Assembly (NCBI GenBank): GCA_002781265.1
Contig: PETS01000105.1
Span: 1 to 47,034 of the forward strand
Reading direction: 5' to 3'
From: Candidatus Falkowbacteria bacterium CG02_land_8_20_14_3_00_36_14
Lineage (GTDB): Bacteria > Patescibacteriota > Patescibacteriia > Patescibacteriales > UM-FILTER-36-11
Length of the DNA stretch: 47,034 nucleotides
Shown here in pieces: positions 27,766 to 36,812 of this stretch. The number at the start of each line of letters is the position of its first letter. The first letter of the stretch is position 1. Both the position numbers and the translations under genes were made by a program. The notes below the pieces were generated by a model. It was not told the DNA's origin, ran no database searches, and worked only from the letters and a program-made list of their open reading frames with translations.

Positions 27766-28535
27766 TGAAAATAAAAGTATTGGGAAATAAATTTATACGA
27801 GATACGAAATTTTCTATTTTAAAGGTAGGTAGATATGTGATTAAAATACCTTTTTCTTTTGCCGCTTTGCGAGAAGCAAAAACAGAGGCAGAGAACGTTC
27901 AAGAAGCGGAAAAAGATTTATTTTTTTCTTTATTTTTGCCTCCGTACAAATATTTTTCAGTTATTAAAGTTATCCCATATTTAAGTTTATTTACTGATAA
28001 TCCAAGTTGGCAAAATTTGATAGAGAATTATTTTGCCGCCGCGTTTAAAGATTCTAAACTTTGGGAGAAGAAAAGAATAAAAGATTTATCGGATTTTAGA
28101 TATTTTTTAAGGTTTATTAAAGAGTATGATTTTGAAAGCTATAATTGGTGGGAAAATTATTTAGATAATTTAAAAATTTCTTCTTCTTCGGCGCATGGAG
28201 ATTTTCATATAGATAATATTTTAACAGAAAATAATAAGTTATTTTTTATTGATTGGGCAAGATATAGGCCCCTGTCTTCCCGCTATTTTGATTTAATGGA
28301 GTTTTATATTTTTTCCAAGAAAAAAGAAAAAGAGTCATGGATGAATGCCTGGCAAGAGGAATTTGGCCTTAGCGAGATTTTTAAAATTAATATAAACAGA
28401 AGCCATTGGAACGCATATGGAATATGGAAAACTGCCGAGGAATTAAAAACAATTTATTTAAGGAAAGGATTATATAAATATAAATGTAAAAAATATATAG
28501 AGTTTATCGAAAAATTTAAGGAGATTATTGTATGA
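27765..28535 (+). CDS. APH/choline-kinase-fold small-molecule kinase
   Basis: AHGDFHIDNIL (catalytic HxDxxxxN) followed by FFIDWARY (DW metal-binding loop). Confidence 0.65.
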   Translation: MKIKVLGNKFIRDTKFSILKVGRYVIKIPFSFAALREAKTEAENVQEAEKDLFFSLFLPPYKYFSVIKVIPYLSLFTDNPSWQNLIENYFAAAFKDSKLWEKKRIKDLSDFRYFLRFIKEYDFESYNWWENYLDNLKISSSSAHGDFHIDNILTENNKLFFIDWARYRPLSSRYFDLMEFYIFSKKKEKESWMNAWQEEFGLSEIFKININRSHWNAYGIWKTAEELKTIYLRKGLYKYKCKKYIEFIEKFKEIIV

Positions 28536-29731
28536 ACAAAATAAAAATACTATGCCTTAGTTTTCATACTCCTCCCGCGGTCAGGCCACAGGCCATTTTA
28601 ATCGGCAAAATGATTCCGGAATGGATCAGGCAGGGGTTGGAGCCGGTAATTATTACATACGAAGAAAGCGGTGAGTGGGATATAAATGCCCCTGTATTTA
28701 AGATTAAAAATTTTTGTATAAATAAATTTTTTAATAAGATTCAGCCGCTAAGGGAATTTTTTAGGTATAGATATTACAAAAAATTAACCGATATTATAGA
28801 AGATATAGCTCAAAAAAATAAAATTGATGTTATTTTTTCCTTTGCTAAGCCGATTGACAGTAATATTGTCGGGGCTATGCTGAAAAAGAGATTGAGCCTC
28901 CCCTTTGTTTCTCATTTTAGCGACCCATGGTATGATGATCCGTACAGGTCTTTTCCAAAATTTGAAGAAAAAAAAGTTTTATGGCAGGAAAATTTTATCA
29001 TAAAAAATAGCGATAAAGTTATTTTTACTAATGAAACGGCCAGAAAGCTAGTTATGAAAAAATACCCCGAGTCTTGGTTTAAAAAATCCGGAGTAATTCC
29101 CCATTGCTTTAACCTAAAAGATTATTCGGAGGCCCAAAAAATTGGTTCGGATAAGTTTATCATAAGTCATATCGGCGCTTTTTATAAAAAAAGAAATTCC
29201 GAACCGCTTTTTCAGGCACTTAAAAAAATAATAGATGAGAATCCCGGGCTTGCTCACAAATTTAGAATTGAGTTAGTGGGCGCGGTTAATGATTACGCGG
29301 GTTATAGCGCGAAGGGCATAGAAAATATGGCCGAGGTTTATCACCTAAAAGATAATATAAAAATTATTCCGCCGGTCAGCTACGAGGAGAGCTTAAAATA
29401 TATGAAATCATCTGACTGTTTGGTGGTAATTGACGCTGATATGCCTGGAAGTCCGTTTTTACCGTCAAAAGTTGTTGATTACGCGGGTAGCGGCAATACT
29501 ATTTTGGGCATAACTCCAAAGGGGAGTCCAACGGCCGAGTTTTTGAAAAATTTAGGTTACGGCAGTTTTTCTTACGATGAATCAGACAAGCTTAAGGATT
29601 ACCTGAATAATCTAATAAGTAGCCGAGTTGAGATGAAAGTTAATCAAAGTTTTTTAGAAAGTTTTACTGTTAGTTCAACCACTAAAAAATTAATCAGTTT
29701 TTTTAATGAAGTTTTACCAAAGAATTCTTAA
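28532..29731 (+). CDS. GT-B fold glycosyltransferase (GT4-like)
   Basis: ISHIGAFYKKRN; FLPSKVVDYAGSGNTILGITP resembles the PSKL..Y...G.PIL C-terminal motif. Confidence 0.6.
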   Translation: MNKIKILCLSFHTPPAVRPQAILIGKMIPEWIRQGLEPVIITYEESGEWDINAPVFKIKNFCINKFFNKIQPLREFFRYRYYKKLTDIIEDIAQKNKIDVIFSFAKPIDSNIVGAMLKKRLSLPFVSHFSDPWYDDPYRSFPKFEEKKVLWQENFIIKNSDKVIFTNETARKLVMKKYPESWFKKSGVIPHCFNLKDYSEAQKIGSDKFIISHIGAFYKKRNSEPLFQALKKIIDENPGLAHKFRIELVGAVNDYAGYSAKGIENMAEVYHLKDNIKIIPPVSYEESLKYMKSSDCLVVIDADMPGSPFLPSKVVDYAGSGNTILGITPKGSPTAEFLKNLGYGSFSYDESDKLKDYLNNLISSRVEMKVNQSFLESFTVSSTTKKLISFFNEVLPKNS

Positions 29732-30653
29732 AAAATTTAATAAAGAATTGCTTAAAATGAAAAAAGGAAGATTGGAGATAATCCTTTATCATTTTGTTTC
29801 CGATGAAAATAATATTTTTACCGGTTTTGGCCATAATGTTAAGCCAGTCGTATTTAGAGAACAGATTAAATATCTATCAGAAAATTACACCATTATATCA
29901 TTTGAACAGGCTAAAAATGTTATTATTAATGGTTACAAGGGGCCGTATGTGAGCATTTGCTTTGACGATGGATATTCAAATAATATAATTGAGGCTTATC
30001 CAATATTGGAAGAATTTAAAATCCCCGCGACTATATTTATTTGTCCTTCGGTTTTGGGCAATCGTGATTTGCTTTGGCGGGACAAGATAAGATATATTAT
30101 TAACAGCAATCTTACCAGCCAATTTATTGATTTTCTAAAAAAATGCGATAATTTTTCAAAATATAATTTTTCGCTTTCAGTAAATAATAATTTTTACGGC
30201 TGGTCAAAGAAAGCGTCGGCAATTACCGATATGTCCATTCAAGACGATTTAAATGATTTTTTTAAATTTAAAAATATTAAAGCGCCTGAAATTGCTGCGC
30301 AATGCAATTTGTATATAAAAAAAAGCGATATCGGGGAATTTAAGTACTTGAGTTTCGGCAATCATACTTGGTCGCATCCTCTTATGACATGCCTTGATTT
30401 CTATAAACAAGAAGAGGAGATTTTAAAAGCCCATAAATATTTAGAGGAAGTGGAAATATCCCCATGTGCCTTGTCGTTGCCATTCGCGCCATATAATGCG
30501 GATACTATCGCTATTTGTAAAAAACTTAACTATGATTTTATTTTAGATGTAAGCGATGAGGGCAATATCATCGGCAGAAGAGGGGATGATTTTTTGTTCC
30601 TGCATCGCAAAATGGCCCCTGCCACTTTGAAGGGACTTAAAGCGATAATTTAA
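29706..30653 (+). CDS. Polysaccharide deacetylase (CE4 family)
   Basis: ICFDDGYSNN (TFDDG-type motif) and HTWSHP (metal-binding His motif). ATG 29757 (MKKGRLE) is an alternative start that avoids a 26-nt overlap. Confidence 0.75.
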   Translation: MKFYQRILKKFNKELLKMKKGRLEIILYHFVSDENNIFTGFGHNVKPVVFREQIKYLSENYTIISFEQAKNVIINGYKGPYVSICFDDGYSNNIIEAYPILEEFKIPATIFICPSVLGNRDLLWRDKIRYIINSNLTSQFIDFLKKCDNFSKYNFSLSVNNNFYGWSKKASAITDMSIQDDLNDFFKFKNIKAPEIAAQCNLYIKKSDIGEFKYLSFGNHTWSHPLMTCLDFYKQEEEILKAHKYLEEVEISPCALSLPFAPYNADTIAICKKLNYDFILDVSDEGNIIGRRGDDFLFLHRKMAPATLKGLKAII

Positions 30654-30655
30654 TA

Positions 30656-31435
30656 ATGAAAATAAATACTATGATTGATAACTATGATCCGCAAAAATTA
30701 AAAGGTAGATTTGATAAAGAATCCATACATTGGCAAAAATTATATCAACAAAATGATAATAAAGATCGCATCTATAATAACAAAAAATATCGCCAGCAAT
30801 ATGTCTTGGAAATACTGGGGCCTGGCTCCGGGAAAGTTTTAGATTTAGGATGCGGGGCGGGAAGTTTTTTTGAGCATCTGGAAGGTTTGGGCTACGAGGT
30901 TACGGGCGTGGACTTCTCCCCCGAAATGGTGAAATTGGCAGCGTCCGCCGCCGGCAATTTAAAAAGAAGCCGGGCTGTTCAGGGCGACGTGTTAAATCTT
31001 CCCTTTGAAAGCCGTACCTTTGACGCTTTAATAGCCGTAGGATTGCTTGAGTATTTGCCCAATGACGAAAGTTTTTTAAAAATAGTCGGCAATTTCGTTA
31101 AGCCTGGAGGAAAGATTATTGTCACCTTGCGGAATTCTTTATGCGCAGAAAGAAAGCTTTGGAAGTTTTACCAAAAATTGGGGATTAATGTTAATAAGGC
31201 GGATTATTTTTATCGCGAGCATAATCCGGCGCATTTTAAATTATTTCTTGAATCGCTTGGCTTTAAAAATATCAATATTCGTTTCTGCCATTTTTATCCC
31301 ATGCCTTGGCCATTAAGCAGTTTTTTCTCTTCTTTGAATAATTATTTAGCGCATAAAATGGAGCGCCGGTTTTCTAATAGTGAGAATAAATTTCTTGGCT
31401 CAACCTGCATTGTTAAGTTTGAGGTTCCATTTTAA
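30656..31435 (+). CDS. SAM-dependent methyltransferase (type 11)
   Basis: VLDLGCGAGSF, DALIAVGLLEYL, VKPGGKIIVT. Confidence 0.8.
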   Translation: MKINTMIDNYDPQKLKGRFDKESIHWQKLYQQNDNKDRIYNNKKYRQQYVLEILGPGSGKVLDLGCGAGSFFEHLEGLGYEVTGVDFSPEMVKLAASAAGNLKRSRAVQGDVLNLPFESRTFDALIAVGLLEYLPNDESFLKIVGNFVKPGGKIIVTLRNSLCAERKLWKFYQKLGINVNKADYFYREHNPAHFKLFLESLGFKNINIRFCHFYPMPWPLSSFFSSLNNYLAHKMERRFSNSENKFLGSTCIVKFEVPF

Positions 31436-31460
31436 AATTTTTAAACGTTTTAAAACAATT

Positions 31461-32546
31461 ATGAAAATCGCAATTATTTTAGGCACAAGGCCGGAGATCA
31501 TAAAAATGGCTCCGATTATAAAGGAATTAGATAGTAGGGGGGTTGACTATTTTATTTTACATACGGGCCAGCATTACAGCTATGAAATGGACAGAAAATT
31601 TTTTGAGGACTTGGGATTAAGGGAACCGCATTATAATTTGAATGTGGGCGGCAATGAATACAGAAAGCAGGTCGGGCAGATGATTAGAGAAATTATTAAA
31701 ATACTGGATGAAACAAGGCCGGATGTTATTTTAGTGCAAGGGGATACCAATACGGTTTTAGCCGGAGCGCAGGCGGCCAATAAATTAGGCATAAAAATCG
31801 GCCATCATGAAGCTGGCTTAAGAAGCCATAATTTAACTATGCTTGAGGAAACCAATAGGATAATTACCGACCATATTTCAGATTATTTGTTTTGCCCGAC
31901 AGAAGACGCTAGGAATAATTTAAGAGAGGAAGGAATTAGTGAAGATAAAATTTTTTTAACCGGCAATACCGTTGTTGACGCTTTGCTGCAAAACATTGAG
32001 TTAGCCGATAAAAAAGTTAATATTTTAGAAAAATTGAATTTAAGCAAAGGAAATTATATCGTGGTTACGGCGCATCGGGCGGAAAATGTAGATATTGAGG
32101 AGCGGCTTAAAGGCATTCTTGAGGGGCTTGGACTTGTCGCCAAGAGTTTAGGTTTGCCTATTATATATCCAATGCACCCGCGAACGATGAATAATATAAA
32201 AAAATTAGGGCTGCAAAGCCCAGAAGGAGTGGAAATTATTGAGCCATTGGGATATTTTGAGTTCTTACAGCTTGAAGCAAACGCGAAGTTAATAATAACG
32301 GATTCTGGAGGCGTGCAAGAAGAGGCCTGTATATTAAAAATCCCTTGTGTGACAGTTCGGGATGAAACGGAAAGGCCGGAAACAATCAAGGTGGGTGTGA
32401 ATATCCTCGCCGGCGTGGATTCGGAAAGGATTTTAGAGTGCGTGAAAAAAATGTTAGAGGACGGTAAAGATTGGATAAATCCGTTCGGCGATGGGCAGGC
32501 GGGGAAAAGAATTGTGGATCATCTTTTATCTTTTTTTAACGAGTAA
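31461..32546 (+). CDS. wecB: UDP-N-acetylglucosamine 2-epimerase (WecB/NeuC family)
   Basis: MKIAIILGTRPEIIKMAP, VQGDTNTVLAG, HHEAGLRS, TGNTVVDA, DSGGVQEEA, GDG.AG.RI. ATG 31461 is preferred to the ORF-track start at 31380. Confidence 0.9.
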   Translation: MKIAIILGTRPEIIKMAPIIKELDSRGVDYFILHTGQHYSYEMDRKFFEDLGLREPHYNLNVGGNEYRKQVGQMIREIIKILDETRPDVILVQGDTNTVLAGAQAANKLGIKIGHHEAGLRSHNLTMLEETNRIITDHISDYLFCPTEDARNNLREEGISEDKIFLTGNTVVDALLQNIELADKKVNILEKLNLSKGNYIVVTAHRAENVDIEERLKGILEGLGLVAKSLGLPIIYPMHPRTMNNIKKLGLQSPEGVEIIEPLGYFEFLQLEANAKLIITDSGGVQEEACILKIPCVTVRDETERPETIKVGVNILAGVDSERILECVKKMLEDGKDWINPFGDGQAGKRIVDHLLSFFNE

Positions 32547-32570
32547 AAGAAGAATTTTATCCATTCTAAT

Positions 32571-33941
32571 TTACACCCCCTTTCTGCTTAAAACAGTCGC
32601 TATCGTTTTTAAAATAATAGACAGGTCAAGGTAGATTGACCGGTTTTTTATATAGAAGAGGTCGTATTGCAATTTTTTTATGCTGTCCTCTGGCGAAGGC
32701 GAATGGTATTCTCCGGAAATCTGATCCCAGCCGGTCACCCCCGGTTTGACCAGCATTCTTTCCCGATAAAAAGGAATTTTATCTTCCAGGCCTTTAATAA
32801 GCTCCGGCCTCTCCGGCCGGGGACCGACAAAACTCATCTCGCCTTTTAATATATTTATAATTTGCGGGATTTCATCAATGCGGGTTTTTCTTAAAAAAGA
32901 TCCTAATTTAGTAATGCGCTTGTCATTATTAATAGTCGGAGAGAAATTATTATGGGTATTGGCCATAGTGCGGAATTTATATATTTTAAACTGCTTATTA
33001 TTTTTCCCCACTCTCATCTGCTTAAAGATAATCGTTCCTTTTGATTCCAATTTAATAAAAAGTCCTATTAGGGGCCAAAAAATAATGGTCAGTATTAAAA
33101 TTATTAATGCCAAAATAACATCATAAGCGCGTTTAAAAATATCAAACCAGTTTTTATTGCCTTCGCTTAAATTTTCCAAAAACCACATCTTATTAATAAC
33201 TTCAATCAGCACCCGGCCGGTAATGTTTTCATAAAAATTAGGCAGATTGATATAATTTATTTTTAAAGAAAGGCAATTAAATAAAATTTCGCGCAAATCT
33301 TTTGATTCGTAAGGATTGGCTGTTAATATAATAGTGGATATTTTATCGGCCGCAATTAAATTTTTTAAATTATCCAAGGTTTTTATTATCGGGATATTAT
33401 GGTAATTTTCTATTTCATTATTTCCGGTATCAACTATAAAAGAAACCTTGTAGCCCAGATGGGGTTTTTCCATAAGGACGGCCGCTAGTTCTTTCACCAT
33501 TTTATTCAGCCCGAAGATGGCAATATTATTTTTAGGCAAATGGGATTTTAACAGCCAGTTATAGGTCTGGCGCCAAAGCGAGAAAAGGGTGGCAAATATA
33601 AGAACATAAATTAATAAATTAGTTTTGGGCGCTACTCCTATCTGCGGATTTAAATAAAAAAAAGCGATAGAGAGAAGGCCGGCAATGCCGATGCTCTTAA
33701 AAGCAAGCTGGAAAAATTTTACATTATTAACGGCGCTATGCAGGTCGTAAAGGCGGGCTATGTAAAATATCAAAATCCAGACAACAAAAATAACGGAAAA
33801 CGGGCCAAAATGGTTCTGCCAAACATGGCCGGCCGGCATTTCCCAATATCTTAATAATAAAGTAATATACAGGGAAAAATATAAGATGATAATATCTCCG
33901 GCCAATATCACGACTTGCTTAAATTTAGTTTTACTATTCAT
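32571..33941 (-). CDS. Polyprenyl-phosphate sugar phosphotransferase (WbaP/PglC-type initiating transferase)
   Basis: N-terminal transmembrane helices, a central Rossmann-like region, and a C-terminal KRAYDVILA...RVGKNNKQFKIYKFRTM...DEIPQIINILKGEMSFVGPRPERPE...KPGVTGWDQISG. Confidence 0.9.
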   Translation of the reverse strand: MNSKTKFKQVVILAGDIIILYFSLYITLLLRYWEMPAGHVWQNHFGPFSVIFVVWILIFYIARLYDLHSAVNNVKFFQLAFKSIGIAGLLSIAFFYLNPQIGVAPKTNLLIYVLIFATLFSLWRQTYNWLLKSHLPKNNIAIFGLNKMVKELAAVLMEKPHLGYKVSFIVDTGNNEIENYHNIPIIKTLDNLKNLIAADKISTIILTANPYESKDLREILFNCLSLKINYINLPNFYENITGRVLIEVINKMWFLENLSEGNKNWFDIFKRAYDVILALIILILTIIFWPLIGLFIKLESKGTIIFKQMRVGKNNKQFKIYKFRTMANTHNNFSPTINNDKRITKLGSFLRKTRIDEIPQIINILKGEMSFVGPRPERPELIKGLEDKIPFYRERMLVKPGVTGWDQISGEYHSPSPEDSIKKLQYDLFYIKNRSIYLDLSIILKTIATVLSRKGV

Positions 33942-34009
33942 GATGTTACTATAATTAGTTTATATAAAAAAATCAAGGATTAGCAATATAATATTAAATT
34001 TTACTAATA

Positions 34010-34038
34010 TTGATTTATTATCTGCCGGCTGTTATAAT
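34010..34038 (+). promoter_or_regulatory. Near-consensus sigma70 promoter placed for a leaderless holB transcript
   Basis: ttgatt (34010-34015), 17-nt spacer, tataat (34033-34038), and only 6 nt to ATG 34045. No SD is possible. Confidence 0.5.
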
Positions 34039-34044
34039 CATATT

Positions 34045-35097
34045 ATGAATAAGAGAGTATTTAATTGGCCGCTGGTCGGCAACCGGCAGATTACTGAATT
34101 TTTATCCAGAAGCATAAATAACAACAAACTGGCCGGAACGTATATTTTTGCCGGTCCTGATAATTTAGGGAAAACGACTACGGCCAGCTATTTTTCCCAG
34201 ATTTTGCTTTGTCAAGCCAGGGAAAAAAATATTAAAAATATACCCTGTAATGAATGCTCGTCATGCAAGATATTTCTAGCTGATAGCCTTAAAGAAGACG
34301 CGGAAGAATCAGGCAGCATTCATAGCGATTATTGCATATTAAAGAAAAAGCCGGAGGAAAAAAATATTTCCATAGATGATGCCAGGGATTTTATCCATCG
34401 CCTAAATTTAAGCTCGTTTTTAAATTCTTATAAAATCGGCGTAATCAAGCGCGCCCACCAGCTTAGCCTGGAAGCGGCCAACGCTTTGTTGAAAACCTTG
34501 GAAGAGCCAAAAAAAAATGTCATAATCATATTAATTACTTCCGAAATAGACGCCATTCCCGCCACTCTAGTTTCGCGCAGCCAAATATTAAAATTCAAGC
34601 CGGTACCAGCCGATGTAATTTATGATTATTTGATTAATATTCATAAAGCCCCCAGAAGCGCGGCTAAAAATTTTTCCCGTTCAGCTATGGGCCGGCCGGC
34701 TTTGGCAGTGAAGCTTTTGGAAGATAAGGAATTTTATAATAATTATTATGATCGGGCGATTTCTTTTTTTAAAATTTTACCAGCAGATATTAACGCCAGA
34801 TTTCATATAGCCGGTGATTTGATCGGCCGGGATAATAAGGGGCAGGTAGCCGCCGCCGCGGCCGGAAGAATTATAGAAATATGGAGCGGACTGGTTAGGG
34901 ATTTGCTTTTATTAAAATATAACCATAAAGATATAATCCAGCACCAGTTTTTAGACAAAGAGCTTGAGCAGTCTGCTAATATTTTGGCGGTCGGCGAATT
35001 ATTAAGTTTTAATTCGGTTTTAGAAGAATCAAAAAAATATTTAGATGCTAATGTGCCGCCGAAATTAGTTTTAGAAAATATCGTTATAAAAATTTAA
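34045..35097 (+). CDS. holB: DNA polymerase III delta-prime subunit
   Basis: GPDNLGKTT P-loop, CNECSSCK zinc module, AANALLKTLEEP, SRSQ sensor. Confidence 0.85.
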   Translation: MNKRVFNWPLVGNRQITEFLSRSINNNKLAGTYIFAGPDNLGKTTTASYFSQILLCQAREKNIKNIPCNECSSCKIFLADSLKEDAEESGSIHSDYCILKKKPEEKNISIDDARDFIHRLNLSSFLNSYKIGVIKRAHQLSLEAANALLKTLEEPKKNVIIILITSEIDAIPATLVSRSQILKFKPVPADVIYDYLINIHKAPRSAAKNFSRSAMGRPALAVKLLEDKEFYNNYYDRAISFFKILPADINARFHIAGDLIGRDNKGQVAAAAAGRIIEIWSGLVRDLLLLKYNHKDIIQHQFLDKELEQSANILAVGELLSFNSVLEESKKYLDANVPPKLVLENIVIKI

Positions 35098-35106
35098 AAT
35101 AATTTT

Positions 35107-36180
35107 ATGATTTATAAAAAAACAAATTTTATTTTATTAGTGATGTTGCTGGCGTCCGCTCTTGTTATAACCGGCTGTTCAGTCAAATTTAATACCAATA
35201 AAAATGAAGGCAATAATGGCGGGATTTATTGGTCAAATAGTAAGGGGGATATTTGGCAGCAAAAAGTGCTAATACCTACCACCAGCGGCTTGCCCAACAG
35301 TATCGGCGGCGTGAGCGTTAATGATTTAGTAATGGACCCATCTGACAACAAAGCATTATATTTAGCTTCGTTTGACAATGGCCTAATCTATACCTATGAC
35401 GGAGCCGGCACCTGGCAGATAGCTAAAAATTTAGGGCAGAGAACCATTAATGCCGTAGCCATTGATCCTAATTCCAAGTGTATAATTTACGCCACAACCG
35501 GAAACGAAGTCTATAAATCTACCGATTGCAATCGGACTTGGACCCGAGTCTATATAGATAATAATAGCACGACCGCGGTTTCGGCCGTAGCGGTTGATCA
35601 TTTTGACAGCGCTATAATTTATATCGGCACTTCGCGGGGGGAAATTATTAAAAGTTTTGACAGGGGAGATACTTGGCAGACGCTCTCTAGCTTTAAAAAT
35701 AAAATAAATAAAATTATAATCAGTCCTCATGACAGCCGTAATTTATTTGTTTATATCCAGGGGCTGGGATTGGAAAGATCTTCTGACGGCGGGAACAATT
35801 GGGAGAGCTTAAAGGAAAATTTAAAAAATTTTAAAAACAGCGCTAATATTAATGATATAATTGTTTCTGAAAATACTTCCGGCTTGATATTTTTAGCCGC
35901 TGGCGGAGGATTGCTAAAATCCTCTGATAATGGGAATAATTGGGAAGAAATTAAGCTGATTACTCCCAGCGATTCAATTATAAACGCCATGGCGGTCAAT
36001 CCGCAGAATACTCAAGAAATTTATTATGTTACCAATACTACTTTTTACCGGTCTTTGGACGGAGGGGAAAATTGGAAGACCATAAAGATGCCGACCAGCG
36101 CCATCGGGTGGAAATTATTAATTGATCCGAAAGAGCCGAATATTATTTATTTAGGGATTAAATTACCTCCGAAAAAATAA
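35107..36180 (+). CDS. BNR/Asp-box repeat beta-propeller lipoprotein (Ycf48-like)
   Basis: Lipobox LVITGC. At least five SxDxGxxW repeats (STDCNRTW, SFDRGDTW, SSDGGNNW, SSDNGNNW, SLDGGENW). Confidence 0.75.
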   Translation: MIYKKTNFILLVMLLASALVITGCSVKFNTNKNEGNNGGIYWSNSKGDIWQQKVLIPTTSGLPNSIGGVSVNDLVMDPSDNKALYLASFDNGLIYTYDGAGTWQIAKNLGQRTINAVAIDPNSKCIIYATTGNEVYKSTDCNRTWTRVYIDNNSTTAVSAVAVDHFDSAIIYIGTSRGEIIKSFDRGDTWQTLSSFKNKINKIIISPHDSRNLFVYIQGLGLERSSDGGNNWESLKENLKNFKNSANINDIIVSENTSGLIFLAAGGGLLKSSDNGNNWEEIKLITPSDSIINAMAVNPQNTQEIYYVTNTTFYRSLDGGENWKTIKMPTSAIGWKLLIDPKEPNIIYLGIKLPPKK

Positions 36181-36199
36181 TGAGATAATTTATAATTTT

Positions 36200-36754
36200 A
36201 TGAATCAATTTATTCAAAAAAAAGAGGGGGAATTAAAAAAAACCATTGAATTTTTCAGCAAAGATATAATTGCTTTGCGCACCGGCCGGGCCAATCCGGC
36301 CGTATTGGACGGTATTGGAGTTAATTATTACGGAGTGAAGACGCCTATTAACGGCGTAGCCAATATTAATGTAACCGATGGGCGGAGTTTGGTGGTGGCT
36401 CCTTGGGACAAGAATATTTTAAAAGAAGTGGAAAAAGCGGTTGTGGATGCTGATTTAGGCTTTAGCGCAGTAAATGAAGGCGATAAGATTAGGTTGACAT
36501 TACCGCAAATGACGGAAGAAAATAGGAAAGATTTGGTTAAAAAATTGGATGAGAAGCAAGAATCAACCCGTATTATTATCAGGCAGATAAGAGATGAAAT
36601 AAAAGAAGACATTGAGTTAGCGAAAAAAGATAAAGCTATTGCCGAAGATGATAAATTTAAATTTATAAGCGAACTTGACGAAGAAATTAGGGAAATAAAT
36701 GACAAGATAAAAGAAATGAGGGATAAAAAAGAAGAAGAAATTATGACGATATAG
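36200..36754 (+). CDS. frr: Ribosome recycling factor
   Basis: 184 aa. LRTGRANPAVLDGI, PWDKN, LGFSAVNEGDKIRLTLPQMTEE.R.DLVK. Confidence 0.95.
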   Translation: MNQFIQKKEGELKKTIEFFSKDIIALRTGRANPAVLDGIGVNYYGVKTPINGVANINVTDGRSLVVAPWDKNILKEVEKAVVDADLGFSAVNEGDKIRLTLPQMTEENRKDLVKKLDEKQESTRIIIRQIRDEIKEDIELAKKDKAIAEDDKFKFISELDEEIREINDKIKEMRDKKEEEIMTI

Positions 36755-36812
36755 TTTATAAAGTTATAAAGTTGAAAGTAAATATTTAATTTTATTAAAA
36801 CTGTATTTTTTT

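Noticed and set aside
35107-36180. Calling the BNR-repeat protein a sialidase
   Set aside because: Asp-boxes alone are not diagnostic. I could not see an RIP motif or the catalytic residues, so it is annotated only as a BNR propeller lipoprotein.
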